A DNA stretch of 63,994 bases, the filler included, from Choristocarpus tenellus KU-1152 (lineage: Eukaryota; Protista; Phaeophyceae): NCBI GenBank assembly GCA_964200185.2. It is 9 parts of 9 records of this genome, joined end to end, with 100 filler letters (N's around TTAATTAATTAA, not from the genome) between each part and the next. Parts side by side here need not be neighbours in the genome. Positions count along the whole stretch, not along the records: positions 7,571 to 33,348 come from CAXNAD020000175.1; positions 33,449 to 39,602 come from CAXNAD020008811.1; 7 more parts are not named here. One strand, given 5' to 3'. The notes below the pieces were generated by a model. It saw only the letters and a program-made list of their open reading frames with translations. It was not told the origin of the DNA and searched no databases. The translations under genes were made by a program, and so were the position numbers. Shown here one piece after another: positions 25,192 through 38,458 of this stretch (its first letter is position 1; every line of letters begins with the position of its first letter).

Positions 25192-28100
25192 CCAACGCTT
25201 TGTTTATTTATGGGGGGGAGGTTCCATCTTTTTGGACTAGGACTGTAAATGGCCATATGGCTGCACCACACTGCCGACTGTGCAAAAGAAGCTGGCCACC
25301 TTTTCTTTTTCATCTTTCAACCTAATATTGCAAGAAGTGCTGTGTATTCCCTTTAAGTTTTCTCTTTTCGAAAAACCATGGCAAGCAATCGTGCTTGAAA
25401 TGGCAACAAGATTATGAAATGGGTATGTGTTTGTATGGTTTTATGTCGTGACATATTGTGTATCTGCAGCTAGCCACAGCCCAATATTCAGCATTGTAGG
25501 ATCACCATGTACTTCGTGTAGTAGTATATTGATATTTAGAGTATTTTCACACAATGTTTCAACACTTGAGTACTGAGTAGCAGTCTGGTGCATGTATGCC
25601 ATCCTGCTTGATAACTAACCTCTACACAATATGCACATTTACATCAGAAAATGCTCATAAGGTGTATGCATCCACCACAGCAGCACCGGGTGTACACCAG
25701 GTAGTTAAACAAATGATCTACAAAGCAAGACAACTATCGGGCGCAACCTGCCAAGCACGCCTTCATTCATTACGACCGATTTCAGACTAAATTTCTGATA
25801 TGTCAAGGCTGGAGAGGGAGACTCTGTCCTTCCGGTGCACTACAGCACTCGAAGTTATTGTTGTTGTGGGAGAAGACATTGGAATAATGTGAACTTGCTG
25901 GAAGGGGGGAAAGGAAGTAGTAGTTACAGTTTGTTCGATGGAGAGACGTGAAGATCCCCCCCCCTTCCATGAATAGCTTTGATGCTATTCCTTTTCACTT
26001 AGTTGATTTGGGCAATGAGCTTCTCAGGTTGTGTCTACTAGTTTATGTTCTATCCAAAACGTTTGTGCTGTATTTATATTACCTATGCAAATGGATGTCA
26101 ATAACAGTGTGCGAACATATGCGAGTGGGATGGTTGCTTTTTAATCATAGCTCTCCAGTAACCTAGGCTCTTGCTCTTTTCCTTCTTAGAGAGCTTTTCG
26201 TGCAACAAGCTGCACATAGTTCATGTACTTTGCTCCATTGAAATGGAGCAAGCAAGTATACATCATTGGTGGGTAGCACGTGTGGATAGATGATGTGGTA
26301 CGCCTTGAGAAATTTCCTTCATATTTTTTTGTAATTTGCCACACTGGTACAGCAAGTCCAATAGATGTTTTCTCACAATACAAGATTTTTTTACGTGCTG
26401 GTAGCAGTGTTCAACAGCAAACCACTTGGCTCCTCAATGATAGAGGTTTCAAGATCAAGACTCTTTTCGTTAGGATCCTAGAATAGAACATGTAGTAGTG
26501 CTTCAGTGAACCTCTATATAGTTTATGACCAGTACATATTTTGAAGTAAAATAAACGGTCTTCTCCTAGATATATTTACAATTTACTCCGCTCCAACCAA
26601 GGAAACAAATGTAACTTTGCCCGGTTGTTGGTGTGGATGAAGATGCGGAAAATTTCAGGTCATACTCTACAGCAGTATGCCGTTATTGTTGGAAGTACTC
26701 CTCGTGATGCTAGTTATTGTGTGAAAACACATCTACAAAAATGGCAAGTGGAATTGCTGATCATGCCTTGCTCATAAAACCACATGCACTTTTTTGTATT
26801 ATTGTGTGAGCGCTTTTATTTATTAGTAGTAAGGGTTAGGGGTGGTGACTCCCATTCCATGGAGGAGGAAGTAGGAACCCCGAACATATATTTGTGATCT
26901 CGAGAAAACTGCAACGGAGGTGTAAGGCATGCATGCAGACATAAAGGTTGTGATCGCTGTTCAAGATGTATTTCTATACCACTCACTGTATGATGTACTC
27001 AAGAGTACTTATTGTGGTATCCTCTGCGTATGGATTGTTGGGGACAGGAGAGAGGGGTGATGGATGCTACATGTGCACAGGAGGAGGTACAATTAACATT
27101 TACGGTCCCTTTCCTAAAAACCTTAATGTGGGCAAAACATATGGAATGTATTTAAAGAGTGATTGATGTGCATCCTGTTCTGTGGTAAACCACAACCTAC
27201 ACAATCCATATTTCAGTGTCCATGTGTCTGGGTCTGTTCTTGGTGTTTAGGTGATGACAAAAATCCCACACAAGAAGGATAATATGCCAATAGCACTTGT
27301 AATTTTTTACGCAGTGCTTGGTATGCAACTACTTCATACTGAACTCAACTATTTGTGATCTTTCCCTAATCGTTGGTGCACCCAAGATAAATCAAATTAG
27401 AAATATTATGCAGCAAAACGTGCTTCCTGTAGTATCCTGTGTACATGGGTTGATGGCGACAGGGGAGTGTTGGGTTTGTGAGAACAATATTACAAACATC
27501 CTCAGGAAAAAGTTTTAACAATATTCAACCAATGCACAACACCCAACTGACCCTCGGTGAGGAGAAAACTCCAAAAGATGGAGTTATTTGTCCAACCCAT
27601 TGATGCATAAAGTGAACCCCAGCTATAAGACTATGGATACATTCGTGTACACACTTCATCCAGAGCCAGCAGGTTGGGCAATGGATCGCAAATCTGGATA
27701 TTAGGGTCAGAAAATGCACCCCTCCAAGTAGACATGAAACCTACTTGCTCACTGCTCCTGCATGAATCTACATTGGTACCGTTTGTTCAAAAAAAGTAGT
27801 ACGACATTATCAATGACAAGACAGGCATTATGAATATGTTCCAACGCTGCTACGTGGTGCAGTAGGGTGATACGTGACGTGTGGATCTTGTCTCCCACGA
27901 TCCCTCTGATTGGTAGTGACCACGATCTCTGATGGGTTAGTTTCCAGCTCTATCCTTTACTGCATCAACTATAACATACACGAATAAAAAAAAAGTATCT
28001 GACGGAAGGAACTCCAACCTACAAGATCAAATTGTGTACTTCTTGCTTCGATCTATAACATTACAAGCAGTGCTCTGCTTCTTTGATCTAGTCCCCATTT

Positions 28101-28559
28101 TAGGACTGAAGAGGGCAGTGCTTTAACTTCCTCCCCATTAGCTATGTGCATGTATACCAACTTCACATGGCAATAGTGAGACCCCTGTTAACTTTTCCCC
28201 GCTAGATGCACACAACACCGTACCTCTCTTGACACTTTCTCCTGTTCATCTGACATTCTCTTTCCCTGACGTCCTCTTCCCACAAATTTACAACCTAAAC
28301 ATCCCTCTTCTCAAACAACAGATCGTTGTACTCTCCATGGGTACCCTTCATACTCATAATCCAATCACTCTTGAGAGCTTCTACTTTGTACTCCTCGTGT
28401 GTGCATTGCAACATGCACATTGGAGTAATCAATCATTCACACCTCAAGTGTGAGTGAGAATCTTTGATTGCTGCTCTCCTGCCCCCTCACCCCCGTGTCC
28501 ATTCCTATCTATATTCTGTACGATCACACCTTCATTTTCCTCAAAAGTCATCCTATCTC

Positions 28560-30332
28560 TTGTCCCATGGCAAGGGTAGGATGTTCAGTACAGACAAGAA
28601 CTATCAAAAAAATCTTGTTCACTCATTCTCTTTGCTTGCCAGCCTGCACAAAAATCTTCAATCCCTCCATGCAACAGCATCAGAAATCGTCTCCTTCAGC
28701 CATTAAGCGAATATTGTCCAAGCGGTACCACTCAGCCAGGTCATTGCCCTGGTCCCCTGACTCCAAACAACACTTTCCACCACCTGTCCTTGGGGCCTGC
28801 ATCTCGCCACCATCCTTCCGACCAGCAGCAACCAAGCAAGCATTGATAGTTCTGTGCCAGGACACAAGACTTCTATAATCACTTGTAACCTCTGCACCAT
28901 CATCATTTCCCATGGGTGCATGTGGACTTGCTTCTCCAGCAGCATCTCCTGATGCAGCAAAACTGGTACTGTCTCCCACAGTGATTGTCCCTTCTTTTAC
29001 TTGCACACTTGCCGTGTCACCACAACAGCCTTCTTTTCCCCTCTTGCAAGCACCATCAAAATTCTGGGTATCATCATCTGGTCTAGTTACTTTCCTCTTC
29101 CCCCACCCAAGGTCAGTGCCCTGAAATGTAATTGCTTTCTTTCGCCCGGTGAGGGCTAGTAGATTTTCTTTTTTTCTCCCCTTGACCTTGCATCTATTCG
29201 AGGAAGCAGTCCTACTTATCGCCGCACTTGGCCCTCCACAGACTAGAGGAGCACACACGTCAGTCTCAAGTGATAAAGAAGTGTAGGTCTCACTCGTGTG
29301 CTGGTCCACATTGTGGACAGTACTGTGGGAAGCATGCAGGACAGAGGTACGGTTGTAGAGTGGCAATTTACACCGGGAAATCAGGGTAGTATACTCTCTC
29401 CAGAAGATCTAGCTCCTTGTCACTCCCCCTATCTTTGCTCATAAGCAAAAGATTGTTACTCAAAATACTACATCACAGGTGGCAATACTTGACTCAACTT
29501 GCCACAATTATCAACATTATTACACTATATACACTCTGTACATGCACTAGAAAACTAGAAATAAATCCTCACCAGTCTGTAGCTAAGTGCGTAAAAGGAG
29601 ATAGGCACGACATTGGAGAGGTTACGGTTACTGCATCTAGCACCTCTAGTCGAAGATGTTCCCTTGCCTGAGCACCTACCATCGATAGACTGGAAGTAGC
29701 ACCACAAACCTGCCACCCAGCACATTAAGCCTTGAAGCAGCAGCTGGTCTACTGCTTGTGTAGTTACAGGGGTTCATCTCTGCACTGCTTGCTTTTCCCC
29801 CTGAATTTCCATTCCATTGCATTTTGATTGTGATTATTGACTGCAAAATTGGCAATAGGTGTAAAGGGTTCATGGAAGGTTAACATTGTTGTCAAATTAG
29901 GTGGCAGTAATAAGAATACATTCAAGCTCATAAAGGGTCTGACAGGTCACTTGAAATGTAGAAAATATGAAAAGTTAGGGGTACGTAAAAAAAGAGTAAG
30001 AGGGGTTGGATATTCAGAAATGAACTGGCGGATAAGGAACATCTGCTCCTTCCCCTTGCTTTATCTGAAGTAAACATGGACACAATATATTTTACCCTGG
30101 GGGAGAGGATAGAATAAGAGAGGGTTCAAGAATGTAGGATGTTGAAGACTTGCAGAACTACGCTGTTCATAACAAGGAAGCGGAGTCCACACCCCAGCGA
30201 ACAAATCCCCAACCACAAAAAAACACAAAACGAGAGCACACGCAGAGTGAAAAGCAGCACCTCAAAGACACAGTGTTGAATTTACCGTACCTCCGGAGTA
30301 CTTTTCATGGGTTGGCGGGTGAACAGAACCAT
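28560..30332 (-). pseudogene. Possible decayed multi-exon gene of unknown product
   Basis: ATG exon 30332-30291 (MVLFTRQPMKSTPE|gtacgg). Acceptor ttttgcag at 29841 begins a segment that needs a frameshift to reach the gtgagg donor near 29572. A 228-codon ORF at 29366-28680 appears to continue in a shifted frame (LMLLHGGIEDFCAGW). No family recognised. Confidence 0.35.
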
Positions 30333-31607
30333 TCAGGTATGACTTACACGCGAACTCCCTCGGTGCCTTGGGTCTTGCGATGGACTGGCTTTGATCTCAG
30401 ATGACGAAAGATCCCCCACTTATGTGTGCGTTCCGTTCTCAAACTCTACTATATAGCAACAGCGATCAAGACAGGTAAACTACAGGTAAACTACAGGTAA
30501 ACAAAAAAAGTGAAGAGAACTAAACACAGTCCACGGGTTGTTCCAGAGCTGGTCGAGAGTGAGTACGCGATACGAGAAGAAACGTGACCACTTTGGTGTC
30601 TCGACTTGGAGAGTCGACGACCCATCACGTTTCCGAACGAACGGAATAATTCGCCCTGAGATGCTCCCTGAGAAGAGGAGTAATAATTATCTGATTGCAC
30701 AAACCACGGCATCCAATCATCATGTGCAAATAGATAGAAACACCTCCATGAAGATGCATGGGTGCACCCCCCTGTGGGTATCTCGCAACCCTGACACAGT
30801 TTGTTTCCACCATAGAACAACGCAAAGGTATATCTCAATCTATAATTCAATGTGGGTACTGAGCTCGCATCACCTGTGTGTTTGTAATTCCACAGAGCTT
30901 AGGCAGATGTAGGTACTGGGAGGGAGCAATTATTGTGAAGCGGTGTGTAATGGGAGACTGATCACCACGATCAGTTTAAGATTTCCGCGCGAACGCCGCG
31001 AGGGGGAATATTTCCTAGATATGTTTGAGTTGTGGATTGATTAGTTATCCTGTCTTAACCTTACATCCACTCCACTCCTCCTCAACTGCCATCAAACAAC
31101 TCATTCCACACCACACCACCACTATCACAATACCACACTTGTCAACACACCAACTATGTGGGTAATCTCTACATATCCAATCGCCAACCAATACGACCGA
31201 TTTCTACATATCCAGTCACCAACAAATGCGATCAATTTCGGCGTGTATCCACTTCCAAACCAACGCCAATTCCAGCGAATCCACTCCCATACCAATCCTC
31301 CCAAAGCGCTCCACCTCTATCCCCAGGCATTATATGAGGCGCCCAATAATAGTTTAATGAGAGTCTTATACAGTAATGGACTGATGTTATCAACTACATG
31401 ATGATTGATGTCTCTGCCCAACCCCGTAACCTTGCAAACCATAGATATTGCACCTTTCAAAGACTCAGTTAACTCCTCCAGTGATCGATGGCCAATGATC
31501 GATGGATTGATTGATCGATAGATCAGGCTACAATTTGGAAAAATGTATGTGTGGGGGAAACAAACCGATAGGGATTATAAGCGAGAGCAAAAACAATACA
31601 CAAGCAT

Positions 31608-31679
31608 CTCCCTCGCCGGCAGTCGAACCCGGGTCTCCTGAGTGAGAGTCAGATATCCTAACCGTTGGATTACGAGGGA
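31608..31679 (-). tRNA. tRNA-Glu (anticodon CTC), intronless, variant T-arm
   Basis: Reverse complement TCCCTCGTAATCCAACGGTTAGGATATCTGACTCTCACTCAGGAGACCCGGGTTCGACTGCCGGCGAGGGAG: 7-bp acceptor TCCCTCG/CGAGGGA, anticodon arm CTGA-CT CTC AC-TCAG, TTCGA loop, T5 run ~15 nt downstream. Confidence 0.92.
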
Positions 31680-33190
31680 CACTATAACCGATACTTTTTT
31701 TCAAACATGATGTGTTTGAAACCTCTGATACACCTCTGCCGACCCATTCAACCTATTCCAACCCCACTGACCAAACCTTATCGTCCCTTGGGCTCGGTTG
31801 AAGCACATGTCAGACTTGGTCACACTCTACTTTCTCTCTCCTGCAGCCTACCGCTACTACCATTGTACACCTATTATCCCTACATCCCTCACAACAACAA
31901 AATGTAATCTTCCTCATTCAACCAACCTTGCTCTAGAGTTTCTGTCACCAGTGTAAGCAGGTCATCTATCTGGTGTGCCCGTAGTTAGTTAGAGCAGCTC
32001 GTAGATCACTAATGTGATCATACTCTACATTTTGATTACTGTTGTCAGATTGATTTGCAATAGTACTGTCTTCTTAGACTCTTGGTCAGAGTTACTACGA
32101 CTACCTGCACTTCCTCCACCCATGCCTTGCTTCTATTGTGCTGGGTACAGCCTTCCCCACCTCTCACTGATCGACCCCTTGCTCCATTGAATATGGTGCT
32201 TACCTGCCCGGTGATATGGCTCTGTAATGAAGCTATGCATAACATTTTCTGCTTGCTGCCTACACCACTACTACCACTTCCATAACATACCTCGTCTGTT
32301 GAAGGGTGTGTCAAAACAACAACTAACTCTGTCATATACGGATGTACAAAGAGCAAAAGATGGAGTGATACCACTTGGAATCGATATATTATACCTCACG
32401 CATTCTGTGTGGGATGTGGATTTGGAAGAGAGTCAAAATAAACGAGGGGTACCAAGAGTTACATTAAGGATGCTGACATTGTGAGATTTGCACATCATGT
32501 CAGGGGTGCGGTGTTGACTAGTGGTTTGGATTTTGTGCCCAGATTTACCCAGTTTGTGCCAGCAATGCCGAAAATAGATTAAATTGATCCACAGACGCTT
32601 TTCTCACATCCATAGGCCAACGTCGTATAGGCTCAACCATTTCCACACACACATTCGTTCATCACAATTTGTTTGCGTTTTTGGAGATTCCACACCAAAA
32701 CTAAGAATTATCCCTTCACCCCCCAAAAACAAAACACATCGGTTCAGTTTTTATTACCTTGACTTGATTTTACTTGACTTGACATGATTTTGTCGACGAA
32801 AACGCCTTGAAAGCATGTCAGCCCTGAACTTAGAACAAACCACGCAACAAACTCGCTGGGAGTAGACTTTCATCTCTTGACACAGCCACCAGGGGAGATA
32901 GATGCCCTCAGAGCCTGTTTTTTTTATCGGTCATGATACTCACACTCATCCTAGAACACCCCATATTCATACAACACATTCCAACTTCGTCCACTCCCAT
33001 GAAATGCTTTTGAACTGTAAGACATCGACCCTGCCAAAGCATGACCTCTCCCTCCACCAAACATCCCACTCGATCGTGAACAATCTAGAGGGCGAACAGG
33101 TGGGAAAGATTGGTCAGAGATTGCCTTGATCCTGCACTTTTCGCCCTTCTTCCTTGGCCTTACACTTCGATATTTCATTCTGTCCATTAT

Positions 33191-33348
33191 GGCTCAAAGT
33201 ATCTGGGAGGGGGTGGCAGCTGTCCATTTGGGGGCAATTTTGGAATGTCGCGATTTTTTGGTGATTTGGTTGCATACGTCGGATGGATACTGTAAATACA
33301 CTTTTCCTGATTTTGACCTAAATGGACACCCTGGTGTAGACCCCCCCC
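33191..33348. mobile_element. MITE family A copy, truncated by gap
   Basis: Starts GGCTCAAAGTATCTGGGAGGGG and is colinear with 40490-40667. Confidence 0.9.
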
Positions 33349-33448
33349 NNNNNNNNNNNNNNNNNNNNNNNNNNNNNNNNNNNNNNNNNNNNTTAATTAA
33401 TTAANNNNNNNNNNNNNNNNNNNNNNNNNNNNNNNNNNNNNNNNNNNN

Positions 33449-33490
<42 letters not shown>

Positions 33491-34129
33491 GGGGGAAAAA
33501 TCGAGGAGGTGAGGGATGAACAGGGGGATTTTCACCACAACTGGTGATGGGCAATATGCACAAGCTGCAAAAAACCCTAACCCTAACTCTAACTCTAACC
33601 CTAACCCTAAATCTTAATCCTTAACTGCGACTCCAAAATGAGCCTTAAAAAAAAGCGTGATGCGTACGGTTCTGTGCTTACGGGGGTTGATAATAAAAAA
33701 AAATTAAAGCACCCATGTTCATTGGGGGCTACAAAAGGATGGGGGATGTAGGGGGGGAAGCTACAGAGGGGTTTCGACAACTTTTCCTACAAATGCTCCA
33801 GTGATCCACCTCGCACTACACAACTGTATGTCGATAGGTCCTGGGCCTGGGTTGATGTGGAGGACAAACATAGAACAAAAAAGTCCACAGTAGGTAGGTA
33901 TTGACAAAAAATAAAAAGGAAGAGATTTGTTGAAGAAACGAAATCATTTTTTTCCAGTTTTCTACCCCAAAAATGGAATTTGTCTATCATCACTTTGAGC
34001 CTTACAGCGGGAGCGCCAACATGGTTCGGTGAACTCCTCTTACCGGAGTAGGTGACAGCACTTGACAACACACACACACACACACAACACACACACACGA
34101 ACACACACGCAGGGAAGCTCTATGCGCAC

Positions 34130-37100
34130 CTCATCATCCTCTTCCTCCGGCTCAGTTTCCTTTTCCATGACACAGCTGCCACTGTCACTGCCACCGCCAC
34201 TTTTAGGAAACCTTTTAGGCTCCGACCTTCGTCCACTTCCCCCTTCCTCCCCCCTCCGACCCTCACCAGTTCCATCCTCTTCACGCGTATCCCCCACCCA
34301 CCAACTTGCCCTGTCGGCAACGGGGAGGAGGGTTGATTTATCCCCCACATCCCCATCCCCTTCCCTCCTGGCTGCTACGATGATCCCTTCTCTTCTTCCT
34401 TCAAATCCTTCTCGAAGGGTGTTCCCAGGGAGAGTCATAGAGTCGGTGTCATTCGCCCTCCCGCTCTTGAGAAAACCTCCTGTCCCCTTATCACCCCCCT
34501 CCCCACCCTTCCCTACTCGATCACCTCCTCCGTACTCTCGTTCTACACAGCTACGGTTGCTCTCCGCATCCAGGTAGACAGTGTCATCCACGCCTCCCTT
34601 GCTACTATCAACACCTCTGTGTAACAGAGGCCAGGGCTGCGGCTGCTGCTGCGGCTGCTGGTGGTAGAGGTGTCCCTGTGATTCGTTCAACTGTCTCTCT
34701 TTTATCCTCATCCCTTCTTCGCTGGTTGCCATTGTTTTACCTCTCTCCATTGCTGCCCCTGCCTCAGCCCCAGGGTCTTTCTCCTGCGAAAGTATCCCTT
34801 TCCCTGTCTTGTCCTCAATATCTTCATCTGCCCCTTCCTCTTCCTCTTCCTCTTGCTCTTCCTCTCCCCTCTCCCCGTCCAGCTTTTCCTCTTCCTCCCC
34901 TGCCGCTCCTGCTGCGCCCTGCCCCCTACCTTGCAATCCTACTACTCCCAAGCCCTCCAGCTCCATGAGGATGGTGTCCAGATTCCGCTCCACCAGGTCG
35001 TGGCAGGTCTTGCTCTTGAGGCTAACCAAAACGACAATTCAACGGAAAGGAGGGTGAGGCATGCAAGATGAACCCTAACCCTAACCCTATGATGAAGTCG
35101 GAGGGAGGGGAGAGAGGACTACGCGTTTTGTGCATGGGGACGAGAGCAAATGGTCTGTGCCAGTTGTTGTTGTTGTTGGTGGTGGTGGTGGTGGTGGTGA
35201 TGGTGGTGGTGGTGTAGTGCTAGGGGATAAATTTGCTTGAAGGTATTGGATGAGGGAGAAGCTCCTACAATTCATTGTTGTTGCATGCCCACATTTGACA
35301 CGAATGCATAGTATTAACAGTATCCCTGTAGTTTGAACTGGGTTTAGTGCTAGGGAGAGAGAGGGTGATGGTAGTGATGAAGGTTGCGACGAGTAGAAGA
35401 CTTTCAATTTCTGCATCGCCTACCCTTTGAGTACAAAAACAAAGATTGTAGTGAAGGCATGATGCTTTTACTACGGTGCTTTCAATTACATATTTGTAGT
35501 TTTACAGCAGAGGGGACCACAGAGGCGGATAGCTTTGGTATTTCAAAATGCCCCTTTGTGCAAACAAGGTGAAACACCAAGCTGGCTACAATCATTGGAA
35601 TGCTGCAAAGTGATTTGCTACAGAGTATAGAATATATAATAGTGTGAGGCAACATGTTGCCCGTATTCATAGAAGACAGATGGCTGGATAACACAATGAA
35701 CTCCTTCCAGAATACCGAAATAGTGATGAACAACCTACCAAAATTGCGTATTCGAGTACCACAATGTTGGTTGCAATTACCTACCAAAATATATAAATTC
35801 TGTCTTAGTCTGCCTACACCATGTTCCCTGCTTAGCCGACACCTTCACGATAACATGCTTTCAACAATCGAATAAGCATTTCCTTCACTTGAGAACGAGG
35901 CAGTTGTTGTATCAGCTGAGTGATTAGTCCATCAGGCTTTGCTTTGCCTTCCTAAGGGGGAAAAGTTTGGCAACTGTTCAATATTGTGATACGATTTTTG
36001 CATCGAAAAGGGGTCCTAATGCCCTACACTTCTAACAGTGTAATTTGACCCTACAATGTAGACTATTTCCTCAACACTTGGATTCAAGTAGGATAACCTA
36101 CACCTGCTGTCTCAGCGCAGCACTGCCCTGGTTATGTTGCTTTGAAATTAAGAGGAAGAGACTTTTGAAAGGGAAACAGGTGAGAAACTAAGTATATGCC
36201 AATTGGCTTACCCAGCGATGCTCACAAAAATATCCTTCTGAGAAAAAAAAAACCACCTTTAATCCTAGTCTGTTCCCCTCATTTGTGCCACAAACCTGTT
36301 GGATTCTCGAGTTAATAGACGTGCCAAGCGGCCAGCAGAGGGGTCATTGGCCATACTTTTTCTTCTCAGGACAGTGTTACGGGTTAGAGTTTTGAGTGAC
36401 TGAGATGCCACCACCAGGGCACCCCTAGGTGGACCCCCTATTGCTGCTGCAGAAGTGGAAGACGATGGCACAGAAGAAGGTGGTTCTTGGGAGAGACGTT
36501 GGGAGGATGATGAAGTTCTTTCTGCTTTGAGCACAGAGAAGAGTGCTATGGCTGCTGCGGACTCTGTGCCAGGAAATCTGGTGTATGCAATTGTTGGCAA
36601 GTAGAGAAGCGTGGGGTGTGGCAATAGAAGCACAAGGCAATGAAAGGAGGGGAGAGGAGGGGAACAGATCTGCGACTTTACAATTCCCATTTCTTGGCAG
36701 CTACTAACTGTAAAGGGTGTTGTGCCACAAGGTAAGTAGAGCTCTTGTAGGGTTGGATATGACTTTACGCTTGTTGCATCTCAAAATACACTGTTATTTG
36801 GAGGAAACTGCATGTTTCCCAATTTTCACAGATAGAGGGTCTTGTATCATCTATGAATGTTTTGCGACACTTCCATTTAGGGTATGTGCAACGTATTCAC
36901 CAGTAGTGGACACGACTCAAGATCACAAAATCGAAAGAATGGGGTAGGTTATCGTCAGCAGTGGTCACCAGTTGAAGTACTGAGCAAGCACATTTGCAAT
37001 GGCAAAAGCACTACAATTGCACATTCGAGGAGCAACCATAATCCTTGCGAAAAATAAATCGCAGGGAAATATAGATTGTGCCTGTACTAAACTTACCTTA

Positions 37101-38223
37101 GAAGGTGACGATCAACCATCTGGCATGCAGTCCTCAAGACCGGCTCCAGAATAGACCCTTGTCGAACCTTTGAAAGTGTGCCGAGGGCACGCAGGAAACG
37201 TTCCTGGTCCGTGCCAGCCTCAGTTTCCTTTGGGCAACCTTTGGCACTTCCTGTTCCTCTCTGTGTTGCGAGGAAGAGGGTGGACTCTTATTGATGCTGT
37301 CTGCATGTATGCGAGTGCTATGGGAGCGTGGTGTGCGATCACGTGTACTTGCAGGTACAGAGCAGTACTTGTGAGAGGGAGAGGTATCATGTGTATGTTT
37401 GAGGAGATTAATGTCATGTGGGCGTGGAACATGCGAAGTAAAGTATCTGAACAAAACTTCAACACGACGAGTTCGCCAAATGTGGTGGATAAGAGAGTTC
37501 GATGCTCTATTTAAGGTTGTGTTCAGAATATGTTGCAGTAGAGGCTTTTGCATATATATGTGTAGCTTCCGATCAGGGTGGAGCAGCAGAAAGTCTAAAG
37601 GTGCAGAAGCACGTGACAAGAACCGGAGTAGTTCAAGCAGATCTCCAAAACTGGATCTGATATCCCGAATGATGAAGCGCATTGTATATCGACTGTGGAT
37701 TAGCCCCCACACACCATCGCTTGTTAAGTTAAATCCACCATATCTGGGATATCCTTGCCATCTTTTCTTGAGTAGATGAAATCGTACCTTGGACAAGGCG
37801 TCGTCGTCCTCTCTCAATAGTTTTAGGAGAGGCTCCTCGGCCTCACGCACGTTTTTACCCAAAGAACTAACTTGAACTGCCGCCTGACCACCGTGACGAG
37901 TATCCTCGGAAGGAACCAGACTCTTTCGTCTAGCACCCGAATCCTTTCGCCTCCTTCCACGCAAAGCCATCTCCGACGTATCCAAGTTAGGGGGGACCCG
38001 TCACCGAACGACTTGATCTGTTCAAGGATCAGGATTCGAGGTGAAAGCATGCGATTATGTGGGTACGAGCTAACGAATCAATCTATACTAACCTGATGAT
38101 TTGCCTGGATCGCACGGCGGTCTGGCCTCTGAAGCACGTTTGTGGGCAACTACCAACCACAGCAGGCAGGATTTGAAAGTGTGAGTGACGTTGTTTTGAG
38201 TACACCTTGTACAAGATTGCCAT
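34130..38223 (-). CDS. Unidentified protein with a large acidic/Gly-rich disordered exon, 3' partial. Exons 38223-38093, 38017-37788, 37167-37097, 36577-36296, 35021-34130
   Basis: Five GT-AG exons join in consistent phases (2,0,2,2): ...MALRGRRRKDSGARRKSLVP...EPLLKLLREDDDALSK/VRQGSILEPVLRTACQMVDRHLLR/FPGTESAAAIALFSVLK...RLARLLTRESNS/LKSKTCHDLVERNLDTILMELEGL...EPEEEDDE|gtgcgc. The start could instead be the ATG of MALRG in exon 2. Confidence 0.75.
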
Positions 38224-38422
38224 GGAAGAACCGCGTCAGACCAAGCGCTATCGATGTTTCGAGGGGATACCAATCCTTTTGTTTTCCCGTTGCTACGTGG
38301 TTTTAGTGGTTTGGTGGTTTTGTTTTTAAAACATGTGAGGGCTTACGATTTTCGGGGTCTCCAAGAGAGATTAGTTGATATGTTGTCATTGATATTAAAC
38401 AAATAAAAAATAGCGGTGTAAC

Positions 38423-38458
38423 GTCCGCGCGCGACGATTATTTCGCAATTTTCGCGCC
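38423..38458. promoter_or_regulatory. CpG-rich putative promoter patch with an E2F-consensus site (TTTCGCGC, 38450-38457)
   Basis: GTCCGCGCGCGACG...ATTTTCGCGCC lies ~200 nt upstream of the 38223 ATG and matches TTTSSCGC. Confidence 0.4.

Noticed and set aside
34052-35071. Ser/Pro-rich plus-strand ORFs (171, 96, 82 aa)
   Set aside because: Antisense shadows of the purine-rich acidic exon 35021-34130.
35840-35960. KAKPDGLITQLIQQLPRSQVKEMLIRLLKACYREG (minus) as the start of a LINE reverse transcriptase
   Set aside because: Only loosely like KAPGPDG; the downstream YRPISL, QG and YADD motifs were not found.
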